The notes beneath the pieces are model-generated. The model saw only the letters and a program-made list of their open reading frames with translations, was not told the origin of the DNA and did not search any database. Positions 62,701 to 64,000 of a stretch of DNA of 64,000 nucleotides are shown here, piece by piece. This DNA is from Selaginella moellendorffii. Taxonomy: Eukaryota; Plantae; Lycopodiophyta. Numbering within the stretch: the first letter of the stretch is position 1; each line of letters begins with the position of its first letter. Made by a program: the position numbers and the translations under genes. The stretch spans positions 733,403-797,402 of the forward strand of contig NW_003314327.1 in assembly GCF_000143415.4 (NCBI RefSeq), in the 5' to 3' direction.

Positions 62701-63943
62701 GGCAGCAGCGGCATCGGCCAGGTTTTGCAGACAAGCGCTCCCCAGCTTGTGTGATAATGCTGCCAATGGTTTCAGATGGGAGCGTGTGGGCGGCGCTGCC
62801 CTCCTCCTCTTCCTCGTCCCTGGCCGTCGCTGCGATACTCTCGGCAATCTTCTCGCATCGCTACTTCACCATGCTATGCTCAACCCTTGGGATAGGAGTC
62901 GTATCGTCGTCCGTGACTTAGAACAGGGAAGAGATTCCGACGCGCGTGGCGCTTGTACAGAGAAGGGGAAGGAAACGAATTTGTTGGATGGGATCAGTGC
63001 TGGAGGAGAATGTCCGATGATGGAGATCGCTACTCCCGATGATACAGAACCGGGCCAAAATGCGGGGCCGTCGCCCCCAGGTGAAGAAGACCAGCATGGC
63101 GACGAAGCTTGCGGTGTCTTCGCCCAGCACTGTACTTATCTCGCGGATCTTCGCCATCACTCGCTTCAAGCTTTGATCTCTTTCGGCCCTCCCGACACCG
63201 GGCTCTTGTCAAAATGGAGGATGAAAGACCGGGTACGCTGCTTCGGTTAAGAAAAAAGCTTAATCGGTTTGTATCCTTTCCGTCTCTTGCGTTTCAGATG
63301 AAGACTGTATCTGTAGCACTGGTCGTATGTCTGAATATCGGAGTGGATCCACCTGATATAATCAAGGTATCACCATGCGCAAGGATGGAGTGCTGGATAG
63401 GTATTTTCTTTCTTCTTTTTCCTTGATGTTTTTGCTGTTCCTTGTGTTTGATGGCTGTTTCTGTTGATAGATCCGTCATCTCTGGCGCCTCAGAAGGCTC
63501 TTGATACAATTGGCAAAAATCTGCAATCGCAGTATGCGCTCTGGCAGCCGAGGGTATGGCTATGCATGTTTTGCATTGAAGGGCTAAGTTCCAATGCTTC
63601 CATGCAGGCCCGCTACAAGCTAGCGCTGGATCCTACAGCCGACGAGGTGAAGAAGCTGTGCTCACAGTGCCGGAAAAATGCGAAGTCGGACAGGGTCTTG
63701 TTTCACTACAACGGGCATGGTGTGCCTAAACCCACTGTCAATGGCGAGCTCTGGTTTTTCAACAAGGTAGGCGTGGCGTAGCTGTTGCTCCTGGCTGGTT
63801 GATGGATGAAGCTCTTCTGTCACAGAGCTATACGCAATATATACCGCTCTCGGTTTATGAGCTGGAGTCTTGGCTTGGCGTACCGTCTATCTACGTTCTT
63901 GATTGCTCGGGCGCTGGTGTCGTTGTCAATGCATTTATCGAGG
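62699..63943 (+). CDS. RAPTOR: Regulatory-associated protein of TOR, 5' exons (partial; start codon uncertain)
   Basis: KWRMKDR | [20 protein letters not shown]...[10 protein letters not shown] | DP... | [23 protein letters not shown] | SYTQYIPL. Confidence 0.97.
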
Positions 63944-64000
63944 TAGAAAGGTTTGTCTTGACTGAATTGTTTTTCCGTGACATTTCTGTATGTATAGAGA

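Overview
Eukaryotic land-plant nuclear DNA with very short GT-AG introns, telo-box promoters and a GC-rich gene-dense right end. The style suggests the lycophyte Selaginella, but that is an inference. Positions 1-43 kb are mostly a nested transposon and pseudogene graveyard. It includes an old Ty3/gypsy element (B1) that received a 5.1-kb terminal-inverted-repeat (TIR) DNA transposon and a non-autonomous LTR element (A); A in turn received a young chromovirus (C). A hAT remnant is split by a second B-family LTR element. There are also duplicated P450 and F-box pseudogenes and an rpl4 pseudogene. Positions 43.5-64 kb hold DSK2/ubiquilin, an atypical class-I glutamine amidotransferase, an AT-rich Helitron relic, TMEM50/Vps68, ENT1, an RTN4IP1-like oxidoreductase and the 5' part of RAPTOR. 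Three things stand out. (1) The TIR element at 6540-11622 carries a TnpA-like/Sola-like transposase gene, a divergent FCP1/NIF-type HAD phosphatase gene and at least 10 copies of a 22-bp palindrome, ATGGCRTG-N6-CAYGCCAT. (2) An intronless fungal-type phospholipase/carboxylesterase and a second fungal-looking ORF lie in a segment bracketed by two D-arm-deleted tRNA-Phe remnants. (3) The amidotransferase has its Cys-His-Glu triad changed to Ser-His-Asp.
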